Of a DNA stretch of 64,000 nucleotides, positions 49,749 through 59,612 are shown piece by piece (the stretch's first letter is position 1; each line of letters begins with the position of its first letter). The notes below the pieces were generated by a model. It searched no databases and was not told the DNA's origin. It saw only the letters and a program-made list of their open reading frames with translations. Source of the DNA: Minisyncoccota bacterium (lineage in GTDB: Bacteria; Patescibacteriota; Minisyncoccia; Phycocordibacterales; UBA9973); NCBI GenBank assembly GCA_028718635.1, contig JAQULK010000001.1:479755-543754 (forward strand). Direction: 5' to 3'. The position numbers and the translations under genes are program-made.

Positions 49749-50345
49749 TTATTCTAAAATTTTAAGAGCTTCCTTAAAAGCTACATCAATATTTGTAAAT
49801 ACAGGATAATTATATTTTTCAGCTTCCGCTTTAAAGTATGGCTGGTCTCCCAAGAAAAAAGCGGCAGACTGCAATTCAAGTTCGGTGTTTTCCCAAATAG
49901 GTTTGTCCTTATTTTTCTCCACTACCTCCTCGAGCGTTGACCCGGCTATCACGATGCAAGGAATATTTAAATCCTTATGTACCAGATGCGGTAAAAAGCT
50001 TACTCCTTCGAAAATAACGGGCTTCTCTTCTTCCGCAAAACTATTTATCTTGGCGAGCATCCCCTCCCATAATTTTTCGGATTGAGAAACAATATTTTTC
50101 CATTGTTGAGCATAGGATGTTTTTATATAATAAGTTCTCTTGTTTTTATTTTTCCAAAAATTTGTCGCATCGGTAAATTTCGGATCTGGACGAAGCTCAT
50201 GGCGAATATCGTCAGCGGATACATAAATTCCTCCAACTGTTTCGGCAAGCCTTTTAGCTAAGCTAGTTTTACCAATAGTGGGAATTCCAGTTATAACTAA
50301 TCTTTTTCCTTTATGTGGTAAAACTTTTTTTGATTCCATAAACAA
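49749..50345 (-). CDS. P-loop kinase-like protein
   Basis: GIPTIGKT Walker A, IFEG. Confidence 0.7.
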   Translation of the reverse strand: MFMESKKVLPHKGKRLVITGIPTIGKTSLAKRLAETVGGIYVSADDIRHELRPDPKFTDATNFWKNKNKRTYYIKTSYAQQWKNIVSQSEKLWEGMLAKINSFAEEEKPVIFEGVSFLPHLVHKDLNIPCIVIAGSTLEEVVEKNKDKPIWENTELELQSAAFFLGDQPYFKAEAEKYNYPVFTNIDVAFKEALKILE

Positions 50346-50389
50346 ATTTTAGTACAATAATGCGAATATATCAAATACCACTTTGAGAT

Positions 50390-50629
50390 TTAATTTTTCC
50401 CCCAGCCTATATTATCCCAGAATCTTTCATGGAAAAAATAGACGAGCGTGGTGTAAATATTGCTCAAAATCATAAAGCCAATAGCTACTTCTACTTTTTT
50501 TGTAAAAATAAAGATAATAGAAAAATCAAGCACAATGATGACCAATCTGTAAGTAATGGCTTTTATAATAGATCTGCGTAGCGTCTCTCCTGGATGATGA
50601 TGTGTATGAGGGAAAAATTTTTCAATCAT
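50390..50629 (-). CDS. DUF2061-like membrane protein
   Basis: RSIIKAITYR...YFFHERFW..I.WG. Confidence 0.8.
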   Translation of the reverse strand: MIEKFFPHTHHHPGETLRRSIIKAITYRLVIIVLDFSIIFIFTKKVEVAIGFMILSNIYTTLVYFFHERFWDNIGWGKN

Positions 50630-50696
50630 AAATCGCTTGTTATTGTTTGAGTCATTGGGAAATTATATCATTAATAAATTATAAAAGCCATGAAAC

Positions 50697-51323
50697 TTAT
50701 GATTTATTTGCTAGTAGAACTTTGCCAAGCCTTATTCCCCCGTAGACTATCAACAGCAACCCCACTATAAGATTTAATGCCTGAATCAAAATCATAGGAA
50801 TAGTTCCTTTTATAAAGGAAAAAACAATCACAAAGGTCCCGATAAATACAAAAGTCGCCAGACCTGTTGAAAATCCAAAAACAAGCAATTCTTTTTTTGA
50901 ATAATTATATTCCATAGCTTTGGCTGTAAACAAACTCGTCCAAAGAAATATAGTTAAAGGACTTGAGAGAGTGAGAAAAAAGGTATAAATAAAACTCGAC
51001 AAAAGACTTATTGAATTTATGTTCGGGTTGATTGAGACACTTTCCGTAAAAATATTTTTGATTATAAAAATACCAAATATTATCAAAACAAAAGAACTAA
51101 TAATTCCGAAAATTCTTTTTACTTTTTCTTTTTCTAATAATTTCCCGATCCCGAATATTGCGAGTGTAATGTAAATATAATCAGCGAAAGTGGCTCCCAA
51201 GGTGGCGACTAATCCATCGAGAGCGGTTTTCTGCAGAGTCAAATTGATAATGAAAATGAAAACAGGACCTATCGCCAACTGGAGGACTAGCCCTGTAAAT
51301 AAGCCATTTTTGAAAATTTTCAT
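50697..51323 (-). CDS. LysE-family translocator
   Basis: IGPV..I..TL..G...G...AD, multi-TM. Confidence 0.82.
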   Translation of the reverse strand: MKIFKNGLFTGLVLQLAIGPVFIFIINLTLQKTALDGLVATLGATFADYIYITLAIFGIGKLLEKEKVKRIFGIISSFVLIIFGIFIIKNIFTESVSINPNINSISLLSSFIYTFFLTLSSPLTIFLWTSLFTAKAMEYNYSKKELLVFGFSTGLATFVFIGTFVIVFSFIKGTIPMILIQALNLIVGLLLIVYGGIRLGKVLLANKS

Positions 51324-51356
51324 ATTTTAATATTAACACAAAACACTTTTCACTTT

Positions 51357-51593
51357 TTAGGTATTTTTGTTTTGAGGTTTAAGTAAAGACGTGCTTATAA
51401 CAACAACAATTGTAGTGATAATAATTGCGTAGAGAAATTTGACCAAAAGACCAGAGTTGTCTAAAGGGAAAAAGAAAGCAATAAGAGCTTTAATCGCGTC
51501 ACTCCAAGCAAGCCCAGCCACCAAGGAAAGCGCAGCTACGATATACCCCGAAGTCTGATTCCTGATTTGTGTTTTAAGTTCATCCTTTAGCAT
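51357..51593 (-). CDS. Small membrane protein (DUF5654-like)
   Basis: AALSLVAGLAWSDAI..YA.I.T. Confidence 0.7.
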   Translation of the reverse strand: MLKDELKTQIRNQTSGYIVAALSLVAGLAWSDAIKALIAFFFPLDNSGLLVKFLYAIIITTIVVVISTSLLKPQNKNT

Positions 51594-51657
51594 GGAATAA
51601 TTATAGCAAACTTATCAACTAAAAACGATCTTTCGTTACAATTAAATGCAGGTGAAA

Positions 51658-52854
51658 TTAATTATTTTTTATTTTTCTTGGTTCTAATAGCAATACCAAC
51701 TCTTCTGATTTGACTCTCGACTTTTTTGTAAGCTTATTTTTATTTAACTTATTATTACCACCCAAAGTACTAAATTTTCCTGTAATTGCATGTGTATGAA
51801 TGCGACTGTTTTTTTTATCTAAATTAAAATATTTTTTAGCAGATTCAAGTACTTGGTCCCCTGATAAACCATTACTGCATTTACCTTTAGGAAAAGTAAA
51901 AATAACCTTCACTTCTCTTTTTGATAAACCTGAAAGAAGTTCATCTAATGCTTTGAGTGATTGTCCTGCATTACTAAATTTGGACTGTGGACGTTCAGAA
52001 ATATCTGGATATCTTCCAACACCAGTTACCGGCCCACATTTTCCCCGGGCAATAGTTTCAAGTACATGATAGAAACGACTATACTGTACTCCGGAGTATG
52101 GTGGGTCGAGAAGAACTAAGTCACCCTTTTTTAATTTAGATATAAGTTTTTTTGCATCAGATATCACTGCTTTTCCCTTAACTAAAGAATGAAGAGGGGT
52201 GATTTCCTCCAAAGCTTTTTCACAAGATTTAAACACATCTATGTGCCAAGCAATTTTAATAAATTTTCCAGCACCAGTTGTCGGTTGAAAAGGTTGAGCA
52301 GTATGTCCAGGAGCAGCAGCAGCTCTTGAAGCAGCAATAATTATTGCAGCCAAGCAAACATTTCTGTATTTAGTTTTTTTTGGTAACGTCTTTAGAAGAT
52401 AATCAAGAATTAATGCTTGTTTGGGGCTGAAATAGTGACCGCCATAAGCATTCCAAATTGGACCTATTTTTGGAAGGGTTTCGCAAAGTTTTCTAGCTTT
52501 ATTTACTCTAATTTTAATACTTTTCTTGTAATTTTTATCAATCTCTTCTGCCTGATTTAAAAGTTTTGAATCTTTTATTTCTTTTTTAGTCTTTTCTATC
52601 CAAATCTCTTTTAAATATTCAGGATTAAGAATATTAGTCCGCTCTATAACTGCTTTTGAAAGAACAACTGCATATTTTTGTAGATCACCTGCAATAATTT
52701 CTCCTTTAAAATTTTGATTTGTGGCAACAAAGTTAACTACGCCTCCAGAACCACAAAATGGGTCTATGAATCTTTTTGCACTGGGAAGTTGCTCTCGAAG
52801 TAATTCTCCAAGACCATTCGCCAACATATATCTTTTTGATCCCATGTATTTCAT
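51658..52854 (-). CDS. D12/Dam-class N6-adenine DNA methyltransferase
   Basis: MKYMGSK, DPFCGSG (motif I), LDPPY (motif IV); ATG overlaps the upstream TGA (ATGA). Confidence 0.88.
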   Translation of the reverse strand: MKYMGSKRYMLANGLGELLREQLPSAKRFIDPFCGSGGVVNFVATNQNFKGEIIAGDLQKYAVVLSKAVIERTNILNPEYLKEIWIEKTKKEIKDSKLLNQAEEIDKNYKKSIKIRVNKARKLCETLPKIGPIWNAYGGHYFSPKQALILDYLLKTLPKKTKYRNVCLAAIIIAASRAAAAPGHTAQPFQPTTGAGKFIKIAWHIDVFKSCEKALEEITPLHSLVKGKAVISDAKKLISKLKKGDLVLLDPPYSGVQYSRFYHVLETIARGKCGPVTGVGRYPDISERPQSKFSNAGQSLKALDELLSGLSKREVKVIFTFPKGKCSNGLSGDQVLESAKKYFNLDKKNSRIHTHAITGKFSTLGGNNKLNKNKLTKKSRVKSEELVLLLEPRKIKNN

Positions 52855-54227
52855 ATGCCAAGTCCCCAAAGGGATATTCTTTCACACTCACTTAAACTAA
52901 ACATTTGTTGAGAAATACCCCTTATTAAATCATTATAAGAATAAGTTGTTCCCTGTGCATTCTCCCACGTTTTTATATCTTGAAGTGCTGCATCAATATC
53001 GGTCCAAAGGTCAAGAAAGTCAGCAATAGTTGTACCGTCTTTGATTAGTCCATAATCAGTTGCATATGGTTGCCACCAAAATTCTAGATCTGCTTTTGTA
53101 AAACCAGCCTCTCGAATCAGGCTTCCATTTATGCCGGTCGAAATTCTCAATAGAAGAGTGGCTCTCGCTAAAACCTGTAAATGGTGATTTGGGTGATCAG
53201 TAGAAGTAACCTTAGAAGCTTCTTCGATAATTCTCGATTCATTGGGTTGCGTCTGCCATGTAAGAAAATCTACCCAACCATTTTGTATCGGTAGGGCAAA
53301 GCCGAGAGCCGGAATATGTTTCATAACCCAAGCTCGATAATTCGCCAAGTGAGTAGGTAAACGAGGGTCTACACCATGAACAGCTCGGTATGACTGCGCC
53401 AAGCCTATTCTTAAAAGGTGTTTGTCAATCTCATCAAATCTGGATGAGGGATTTGGTTCGCACATACGCCATAATTCATTCAAAAAAGAAAGCGAGTCTG
53501 GTGCAGGAGCATTGGTTTTAGGAAGAATTCTAGATGGTCTATAACTAGAATGGTTTCGTAGTATTTGGTCATCACCAAATTGTTTTATATCTATTCCCCA
53601 AGATTTTAACCAAGAACGACCAATAGGATGGAGATTTACATTGAAGGCACCTAACCAAACAGAAAGAGCTATTGACCCAGGCGTAATAATTTCGGAAAGT
53701 GTTTCTGCAGATGGTTTTCTATCAGCCCAATGCTCAAGAGCTTCCCATGTAAATTTATGTGTTCCCTTTTGACTAGATGTCGTGACCGACCTTCTTGTTG
53801 TATTTGTTACAATTACATGTGTTCTATTAAATACCCCAACCCCGATGGATCCAAGAATGGACATTGCAGCACGCAACTCAGCATAGTAAGCAAGATGAAC
53901 AGAGCTACTTGAATCTCCTTTTATATGAAGATTGAGTGCTCTACCCAGTAGACTCCAACCATCACTACAGTGATTAAAAATTGAGGCAGCTATATAATTT
54001 TCAATCTGCCTCTGATATAAGGATCTTCCTCGAGCAATTACCTCTGTAGGATTTCCTCTATTTGCTGGATTTCTTTGGTAAGATTTGGAATATCTATTTT
54101 GTGGATTAATCCATCGCCTAACAGAGATGTGAGAACGAAGATTTTTTACCCCCTCCTTAATCGCATCAGGAGAAGCATTTCTTAACTGTTTTTTTAGTGA
54201 GTTTGCTGGCATGAATTTTTTTATCAA
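52851..54227 (-). CDS. Hypothetical protein with HEPN-like motifs
   Basis: HLAYYAELRAAMSIL...GTHK...LRNHSSY pattern; the HEPN assignment is inference. Confidence 0.6.
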   Translation of the reverse strand: MIKKFMPANSLKKQLRNASPDAIKEGVKNLRSHISVRRWINPQNRYSKSYQRNPANRGNPTEVIARGRSLYQRQIENYIAASIFNHCSDGWSLLGRALNLHIKGDSSSSVHLAYYAELRAAMSILGSIGVGVFNRTHVIVTNTTRRSVTTSSQKGTHKFTWEALEHWADRKPSAETLSEIITPGSIALSVWLGAFNVNLHPIGRSWLKSWGIDIKQFGDDQILRNHSSYRPSRILPKTNAPAPDSLSFLNELWRMCEPNPSSRFDEIDKHLLRIGLAQSYRAVHGVDPRLPTHLANYRAWVMKHIPALGFALPIQNGWVDFLTWQTQPNESRIIEEASKVTSTDHPNHHLQVLARATLLLRISTGINGSLIREAGFTKADLEFWWQPYATDYGLIKDGTTIADFLDLWTDIDAALQDIKTWENAQGTTYSYNDLIRGISQQMFSLSECERISLWGLGI

Positions 54228-55750
54228 ACAACATCTCCATCAAATCCGAGGTTTTTATAAATTGCTTTAGCATCTTTTCCTAATTTATTATCTTTAGATA
54301 AATGTTTAAGTAGCAAGCGTCTAAATTCTCTGTAACCACTACCACCTCTAAATGAAAGTTTGAGCGTTCTCTCTATTTCAGAGAGATTTTCAGCAGCCGA
54401 TGATCTCCAATCAAATGTTGAAAGTGCAATTGTAAGCTGGTCTATAAACACAGTAATCTGTTGTTGTTTCTTTAATAAATTATCAAGAGCTTCTGATACA
54501 GTCACTTCTGGATTCAGTTTCCATTTCTTCAAATTTAATTTATCCGTATTTCTGAATAGTATATCGTTGGTAATATTTAAAACGACAGAAATGCCTTGAT
54601 CATTATTCAGGAGTGTATGTGGTCCATAAAAAGCAGGATCTTTCTTGATCTTCCGCTTATAGTCAGTTTCTCTTAGTTTTTTTGCCCAATCAACTTTAAG
54701 TTCTTTAATAGATTTTTCTAGTGAGTTCCAAAGGTAAATTAAGAGAGCCGCTTGCTGGCTGCGATTCCAAGGAATCGTCATTTCATCATGCCCTGCTGGT
54801 GCTCCAAATAAACCCCCAATTGTTACTCCCTTACCTTCTGATGTTTTAATATATGTTTTTAATAAAGCTCTTATCCAAGCGGCTTGGGTAACAGAACTAT
54901 CTCCACTTTCACCAAGCATATTTATACGCTGATACCAAGAACTTGTTGGCTCAGACCAAAGTAATTCAACTATTTCTTGTGCTCTCGCTTCTCGGTATAC
55001 TTTGTGGCCCTCGAATCGATCTAACCAATCCTCAGTACGCAAAAGAGGATAAAGATCAAAAGCAAGACTTGGATTGATCCTCTTTGGCTTAATGTTTATT
55101 GTCCAGAATAAATAAGCCTGCCAGCTTAGATCTAAACCATAAAAAGCAACTACCGGTAACTCGTAATCCTCGTTAATATTTTCATCAAAGGCCAATAATC
55201 TATGTTGGCCATCAATTACTTCCAATGGATGAACTTGTTCTGGTTTCCATTTTTTTGTTTCTTTAGAAAAAGGAAGTTTTATTTCAGTGATGACAGCATT
55301 CTGGTCTATTGTTATTAAATCCTTAAATGCTACGAACCCCCCATTTCGTTTATCTTCTTTTGTTAAAATATTCACAACAATTGCTGTAGGTAGCCACCCT
55401 GGTTTACGAAGATCATCAAACCTACCATCTTGTCGTTGAGATTTTGTTAAATCTGACCATGGGTAACCATACTTAACATACTCCGCAATATTTTTTGAAC
55501 GAGATTGTTCGTAGGCACGTTGGATCCCCATGTCGCCAGACCTTTTTTTGCCATCTTTTGCATCTCTGCGATTTACACCAGACAAAAAACGCAGCTGGCG
55601 AGCAGACAATGAAAATATATAGAAACACTTTTCTGGTTCTCTTCGATGATTCTTTTTAATAAACTCAACTGATCCCCATTCTTTTAACCATTGATTTACC
55701 TTTAAGGCATTAATGGTTACATTTTTATTTGACTTAGATTTATTTTTCAT
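54224..55750 (-). CDS. DGQHR-domain (DndB/ParB-like) protein
   Basis: GIQR, LPTAIVVN, VIDGQHRL, F.TIN..PK. Confidence 0.9.
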   Translation of the reverse strand: MKNKSKSNKNVTINALKVNQWLKEWGSVEFIKKNHRREPEKCFYIFSLSARQLRFLSGVNRRDAKDGKKRSGDMGIQRAYEQSRSKNIAEYVKYGYPWSDLTKSQRQDGRFDDLRKPGWLPTAIVVNILTKEDKRNGGFVAFKDLITIDQNAVITEIKLPFSKETKKWKPEQVHPLEVIDGQHRLLAFDENINEDYELPVVAFYGLDLSWQAYLFWTINIKPKRINPSLAFDLYPLLRTEDWLDRFEGHKVYREARAQEIVELLWSEPTSSWYQRINMLGESGDSSVTQAAWIRALLKTYIKTSEGKGVTIGGLFGAPAGHDEMTIPWNRSQQAALLIYLWNSLEKSIKELKVDWAKKLRETDYKRKIKKDPAFYGPHTLLNNDQGISVVLNITNDILFRNTDKLNLKKWKLNPEVTVSEALDNLLKKQQQITVFIDQLTIALSTFDWRSSAAENLSEIERTLKLSFRGGSGYREFRRLLLKHLSKDNKLGKDAKAIYKNLGFDGDVV

Positions 55751-56156
55751 ATTTAAAATAATGCTTAAATTAGTACTTACTATTGTACCAAATTAGGATC
55801 CACAAAGCACGCAATTTAAGGTATGAAATAGTTAGTAATCCACCTTTATATATTTATCTTTTGACGCCGTTAACGCTAAAATAGTTTTTGCCCACGGGCT
55901 CACAAAATCAGAATCCAAGGATTCGATAAGTGAGTTCGTTTTGCGTTTAAGAGCAAAATATTTTAGATGATTATTAATTAATTTTGTTTAAAAAAACATA
56001 TGAATAAAATAAAAAGTTTGGTTTGGCACACAGAGAAGCGTATCGTATCTCAGTAGGTATGCTATGACGAATAGTTCTTGAGTAAGTTTCAACGCATCTC
56101 GTGCGGGATAACTGCGCTCAAACTGGCTGGGTGTCTGGTGCGAAGTTGGAACATTT

Positions 56157-56864
56157 TTAACGTTTGAATAAAGTTTTAATATTCTTTTCAAGATAGTATA
56201 TCCAAGAAAATAAAGTACAATCCAAGAAAATACCTGTAATTGTTAGGCATGTAATCCCAAAAAATACATATGGTAAATAACCATATTCTGTGGCACTGTT
56301 ATAAGCCCATTTTCCACTAACAACTATAAAGATTATGAGTGCAAGTACATTTAGAAGAGCGTCAGAGTGAATATTCTTACTTGTACTTTCTACTGCTTCC
56401 TCTTCCCATTCATGACTATAAGTACCATTACTCTCACTTTTTGTAATACTAGTTTTAAAGTAATCCTTATTTATAGGAAGAAAGTCGTAATGCCATTTAC
56501 GTCTGCTTTTATAGCCATGATTATCGTATTTCCATATCACCCTATCCATGAGTATGCTTAAAGGAGCAATTAATATAATTAATCCACATATCATATAAAG
56601 CCACCTGTATTCTGGAAGAAACGGTAAATAACTATTTAAACCATCAAGGCCATGGAGCAAAACTACGAGCAGAGAAAGAGTAAGAAATGTGCGATTCACT
56701 TTTGATGCATGTTCTTGAGGTTTAAAGTATATGTAACGACCAAGGGCTTTGTATACGACATACATTAAAACATAAACTATTGCCACATGAAATATCGTTA
56801 ATTCGTGAAGTAAAAGATTTTTTAGTTCATCAAAAGAAGATAGAAATAAAGATTCATTTAACAT
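56157..56864 (-). CDS. Multi-TM hypothetical cargo protein
   Basis: 235 aa, about 5 hydrophobic segments. Confidence 0.7.
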   Translation of the reverse strand: MLNESLFLSSFDELKNLLLHELTIFHVAIVYVLMYVVYKALGRYIYFKPQEHASKVNRTFLTLSLLVVLLHGLDGLNSYLPFLPEYRWLYMICGLIILIAPLSILMDRVIWKYDNHGYKSRRKWHYDFLPINKDYFKTSITKSESNGTYSHEWEEEAVESTSKNIHSDALLNVLALIIFIVVSGKWAYNSATEYGYLPYVFFGITCLTITGIFLDCTLFSWIYYLEKNIKTLFKR

Positions 56865-56882
56865 AATATTTTTAAGTTAAGA

Positions 56883-57599
56883 TTATTTTTTCTTACTACC
56901 AAATACTATATATAAAAAGATTTTATAGTAGAAAATAATAATCCCTGCAAAGAGCAAAAAGGAAAATACCAAAACGACAGGAATCATTTCTAGAAAGTAC
57001 ATTATAGTTTTACCAACAGATTTTTCATAAAAGAACCAGTTATCTTGGTACGATTTATCGGGTTGCAAAAAAGTAACCTTTGTATTATTAAAAGATGTGT
57101 AAGCATCAACAATTAAACATTTTATATCATTTTGTTTTATGTAATTTGAAAATGCTTCCGATGAGATTTTATTTCTGTAATTATTCTCCATTATAAATAA
57201 TTCATACAATATATCCGTATTTTTATTATCCTTAATTTTTTCATAATTATTGGCAAGTTCAGTAGAACAATAAACGTTATTTAAAGTACCCATATAATAA
57301 TCGTCTGGAGGACTATTTAATACATAAGTTCTATTACTGTCTCCTATCTTTTCCCCCATCTTAATAAGTGCACTTATTGGTTTAATCTCAGAAGTTATTC
57401 TTTCAGATATAGTTGCAACTTTTTTCCATTCTTGAACTCCAATATCACCCTTAAACAGATTAGAATTACTATAAACTATTAAATTATAAATAAAAAATAG
57501 AATAAAGGAAAAAATAAAAATAATTGATAGAAGTCTATGCCACCATTTATTTTTAAGATTCAAATCTTCTCTAGATAACCAATTTAATATTTTTTTCAT
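56883..57599 (-). CDS. Two-TM hypothetical cargo protein
   Basis: KWWHRL + TM, large loop, C-terminal TM (YYKIFLYIVFG). Confidence 0.7.
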   Translation of the reverse strand: MKKILNWLSREDLNLKNKWWHRLLSIIFIFSFILFFIYNLIVYSNSNLFKGDIGVQEWKKVATISERITSEIKPISALIKMGEKIGDSNRTYVLNSPPDDYYMGTLNNVYCSTELANNYEKIKDNKNTDILYELFIMENNYRNKISSEAFSNYIKQNDIKCLIVDAYTSFNNTKVTFLQPDKSYQDNWFFYEKSVGKTIMYFLEMIPVVLVFSFLLFAGIIIFYYKIFLYIVFGSKKK

Positions 57600-57602
57600 A
57601 AA

Positions 57603-57977
57603 TTATTTTTTTAATACTCTTTTAAAAATCTCAGGGTCTCTTTTTGCTGAACTTAAAATAACATCAAAATTAAAACGACCATACCCAAATGTTTCCTCTT
57701 CATAATCTTCATCCTCTTTGTCTTTTTCTTGGTCAAAATAATTAACAAAGTCTAATATGGCATTTATTAAAGTACCCATTATCATAATCGGTTTTTCAAG
57801 TTTCTTTGCATTATCAGAACCAGAAGTTTCATCACTTTTAATAAAAACAGCCATCATGTCTGCTTTCTGATAAATCTGTTTCCATAAGTACTCAACAATA
57901 GTTTTCCAATGGAAGGTATTACGATTAACCCACCAAATAATAACCCCTACGACAACTATTATTAGTAAATATCCCAT
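57603..57977 (-). CDS. Single-TM hypothetical cargo protein
   Basis: 124 aa, N-terminal TM, acidic patch. Confidence 0.65.
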   Translation of the reverse strand: MGYLLIIVVVGVIIWWVNRNTFHWKTIVEYLWKQIYQKADMMAVFIKSDETSGSDNAKKLEKPIMIMGTLINAILDFVNYFDQEKDKEDEDYEEETFGYGRFNFDVILSSAKRDPEIFKRVLKK

Positions 57978-58315
57978 ATGATTTTAATCATACAACTCTC
58001 GCTAAAAAAATCAATGGTTGTTTGACATTCCTTTTTTAAAGGCATATACTAATAGCGAGTACGGAACTGCACCTTGATTTATAAAGCACGCAAAAAATAA
58101 AAAAATAACAACACTCTCGCCTAAAAAAATTAAACCCTTTGTGGCTAGCATAAAATATATAAAAAATTAAAACACAGCTAGAAATATAAAATAAAAAAAA
58201 ATAAAGAGAGCCTAAATAATAAAAAAAATTAATTAGTGCCAAACAAAACAGGAACCAAAATTTGGGTTCTTTTTTCGTTTATTTCAAGCTGTTTTTCTGT
58301 ACCCGAAAAAAGGGT

Positions 58316-58501
58316 ATGGAATTAAAATATAGCCAAATTCTAATAACTCGTACTATAAACCACTTTAAGAAAAAGTATGGTTTAGACATTTCTGCCGAAA
58401 CAGCAGATGTCTATTTGGCTTCGTTCGCGGTGGTGTTCCGTTCGTTCGTCCGCCCGTCCTCTGTGGACGGCGGACGAACGGATACACCCGATGATTATTA
58501 A
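58316..58501 (+). CDS. Small hypothetical protein upstream of rep
   Basis: MELKYSQ..FKKKYGLDISAETA..YL. Confidence 0.55.
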   Translation: MELKYSQILITRTINHFKKKYGLDISAETADVYLASFAVVFRSFVRPSSVDGGRTDTPDDY

Positions 58502-58507
58502 CACTCG

Positions 58508-58538
58508 TTCTGCGGGTGGTAGTAACACCCGCAGAACA
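58508..58538. promoter_or_regulatory. Putative rolling-circle double-strand origin hairpin
   Basis: gttctgcgggtg-GTAGTAA-cacccgcagaac, 12-bp stem just upstream of rep. Confidence 0.6.
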
Positions 58539-58552
58539 TTGCAGATTGCAAT

Positions 58553-59608
58553 ATGATAGACACGATTAAATTTTTAATACCAATTGATAACAGTGAGGTT
58601 TTTGAGAGTATTAAAAATCAGCTTACTCGTACTCGTAGAGAAAATATGAAAACGAATGAATTAAAATTTGAATATTTTACAGAAGAAATTGAAGTAGGAA
58701 GTTATGAACGAACTGTAAGAATTTATCTGAAACAAGATAGCCCGAAAGGTGTATTCGTAGAATTTTCTTTGCCTAAACAATATTATGATAATAATGTAGA
58801 AATGATACACGCTTATGATATTGAATATGTTTTAGATAATTTTAAAAATGATGTTTGCCAATTTTTCCAAGAACGTATTCCTCCAATAGAACAATGGATT
58901 ATTTATCGTCTTGATGTTTGCTATAACTGGACTTTTGAATCAGAACAAAAATGCCAGTCCATTATGAATTTTATTCAGCGTATAGATTTCCCTAAAAAGA
59001 AAAAATATGTCTATGATACTTCTGTAATGTATAAAGGGTCTGCCTATACAATTAAATTCTATTTAAAGGGTGCAGAATTTAAGAGGCATGACTATAAAGA
59101 CATTTTTAAAAAAGATATGGATAAAGCTGATTTACTTCTTAATTGGGCAGAAAAAGTTTTACGATTTGAGGTTGAATTTAAGAAAGGATATTTAAGTAAT
59201 TTATTTCCTCATGGAAAAGTTTTAGTTTCTAGTATTGTTTACGATAAAATTATTGAGGACATATTAAAAAAATATCTTACTTTGGTTTTTCGCTACGTTA
59301 ATAAAGAAAATATGAAATATGAAAATGTTAGGCAGTTAATAGATAAAAGTTTCAAGCCAGCTAAAGCATTACGCTTGTATCAATTTTATAAGGGCTACTT
59401 TTACGAGCAAGATGAAAAGTTTCATATTAAAAAAGGACTTAACCCGTCTACGATTTGGCGATATAAAAACGATTTAAAAAATATTGGTGTTTCATTTGAG
59501 GAAAATTTAGGTGATTCCAGTTTCGTAGCGGTTGAGGAATTGATTGTACCCTCTGGAAAAGGAAAGTTTGATTTGCTTGATTATAAGCTAACTAGTGATT
59601 ATAGTTAA
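58553..59608 (+). CDS. Phage/plasmid replication initiator (gene II/X, Rep_trans-like)
   Basis: MIDTIK, EFSLPK...N, RLDVCYN, FYLK, LRFEVE motifs. Confidence 0.82.
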   Translation: MIDTIKFLIPIDNSEVFESIKNQLTRTRRENMKTNELKFEYFTEEIEVGSYERTVRIYLKQDSPKGVFVEFSLPKQYYDNNVEMIHAYDIEYVLDNFKNDVCQFFQERIPPIEQWIIYRLDVCYNWTFESEQKCQSIMNFIQRIDFPKKKKYVYDTSVMYKGSAYTIKFYLKGAEFKRHDYKDIFKKDMDKADLLLNWAEKVLRFEVEFKKGYLSNLFPHGKVLVSSIVYDKIIEDILKKYLTLVFRYVNKENMKYENVRQLIDKSFKPAKALRLYQFYKGYFYEQDEKFHIKKGLNPSTIWRYKNDLKNIGVSFEENLGDSSFVAVEELIVPSGKGKFDLLDYKLTSDYS

Positions 59609-59612
59609 ATTT

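Noticed and set aside
51600-56124. DGQHR operon as part of a second, tandem tRNA-integrated element
   Set aside because: The left flank of the core reads ..RSNWLG like a recombinase tail remnant, but I found no further att copy near 51.6 kb, so no boundary can be supported
57990-58260. A-rich stretch with repeated ACTCTCGC(C)TAAAAAAA as iterons; ORF 58036-58242
   Set aside because: Only two imperfect copies in low-complexity DNA; the ORF looks compositional
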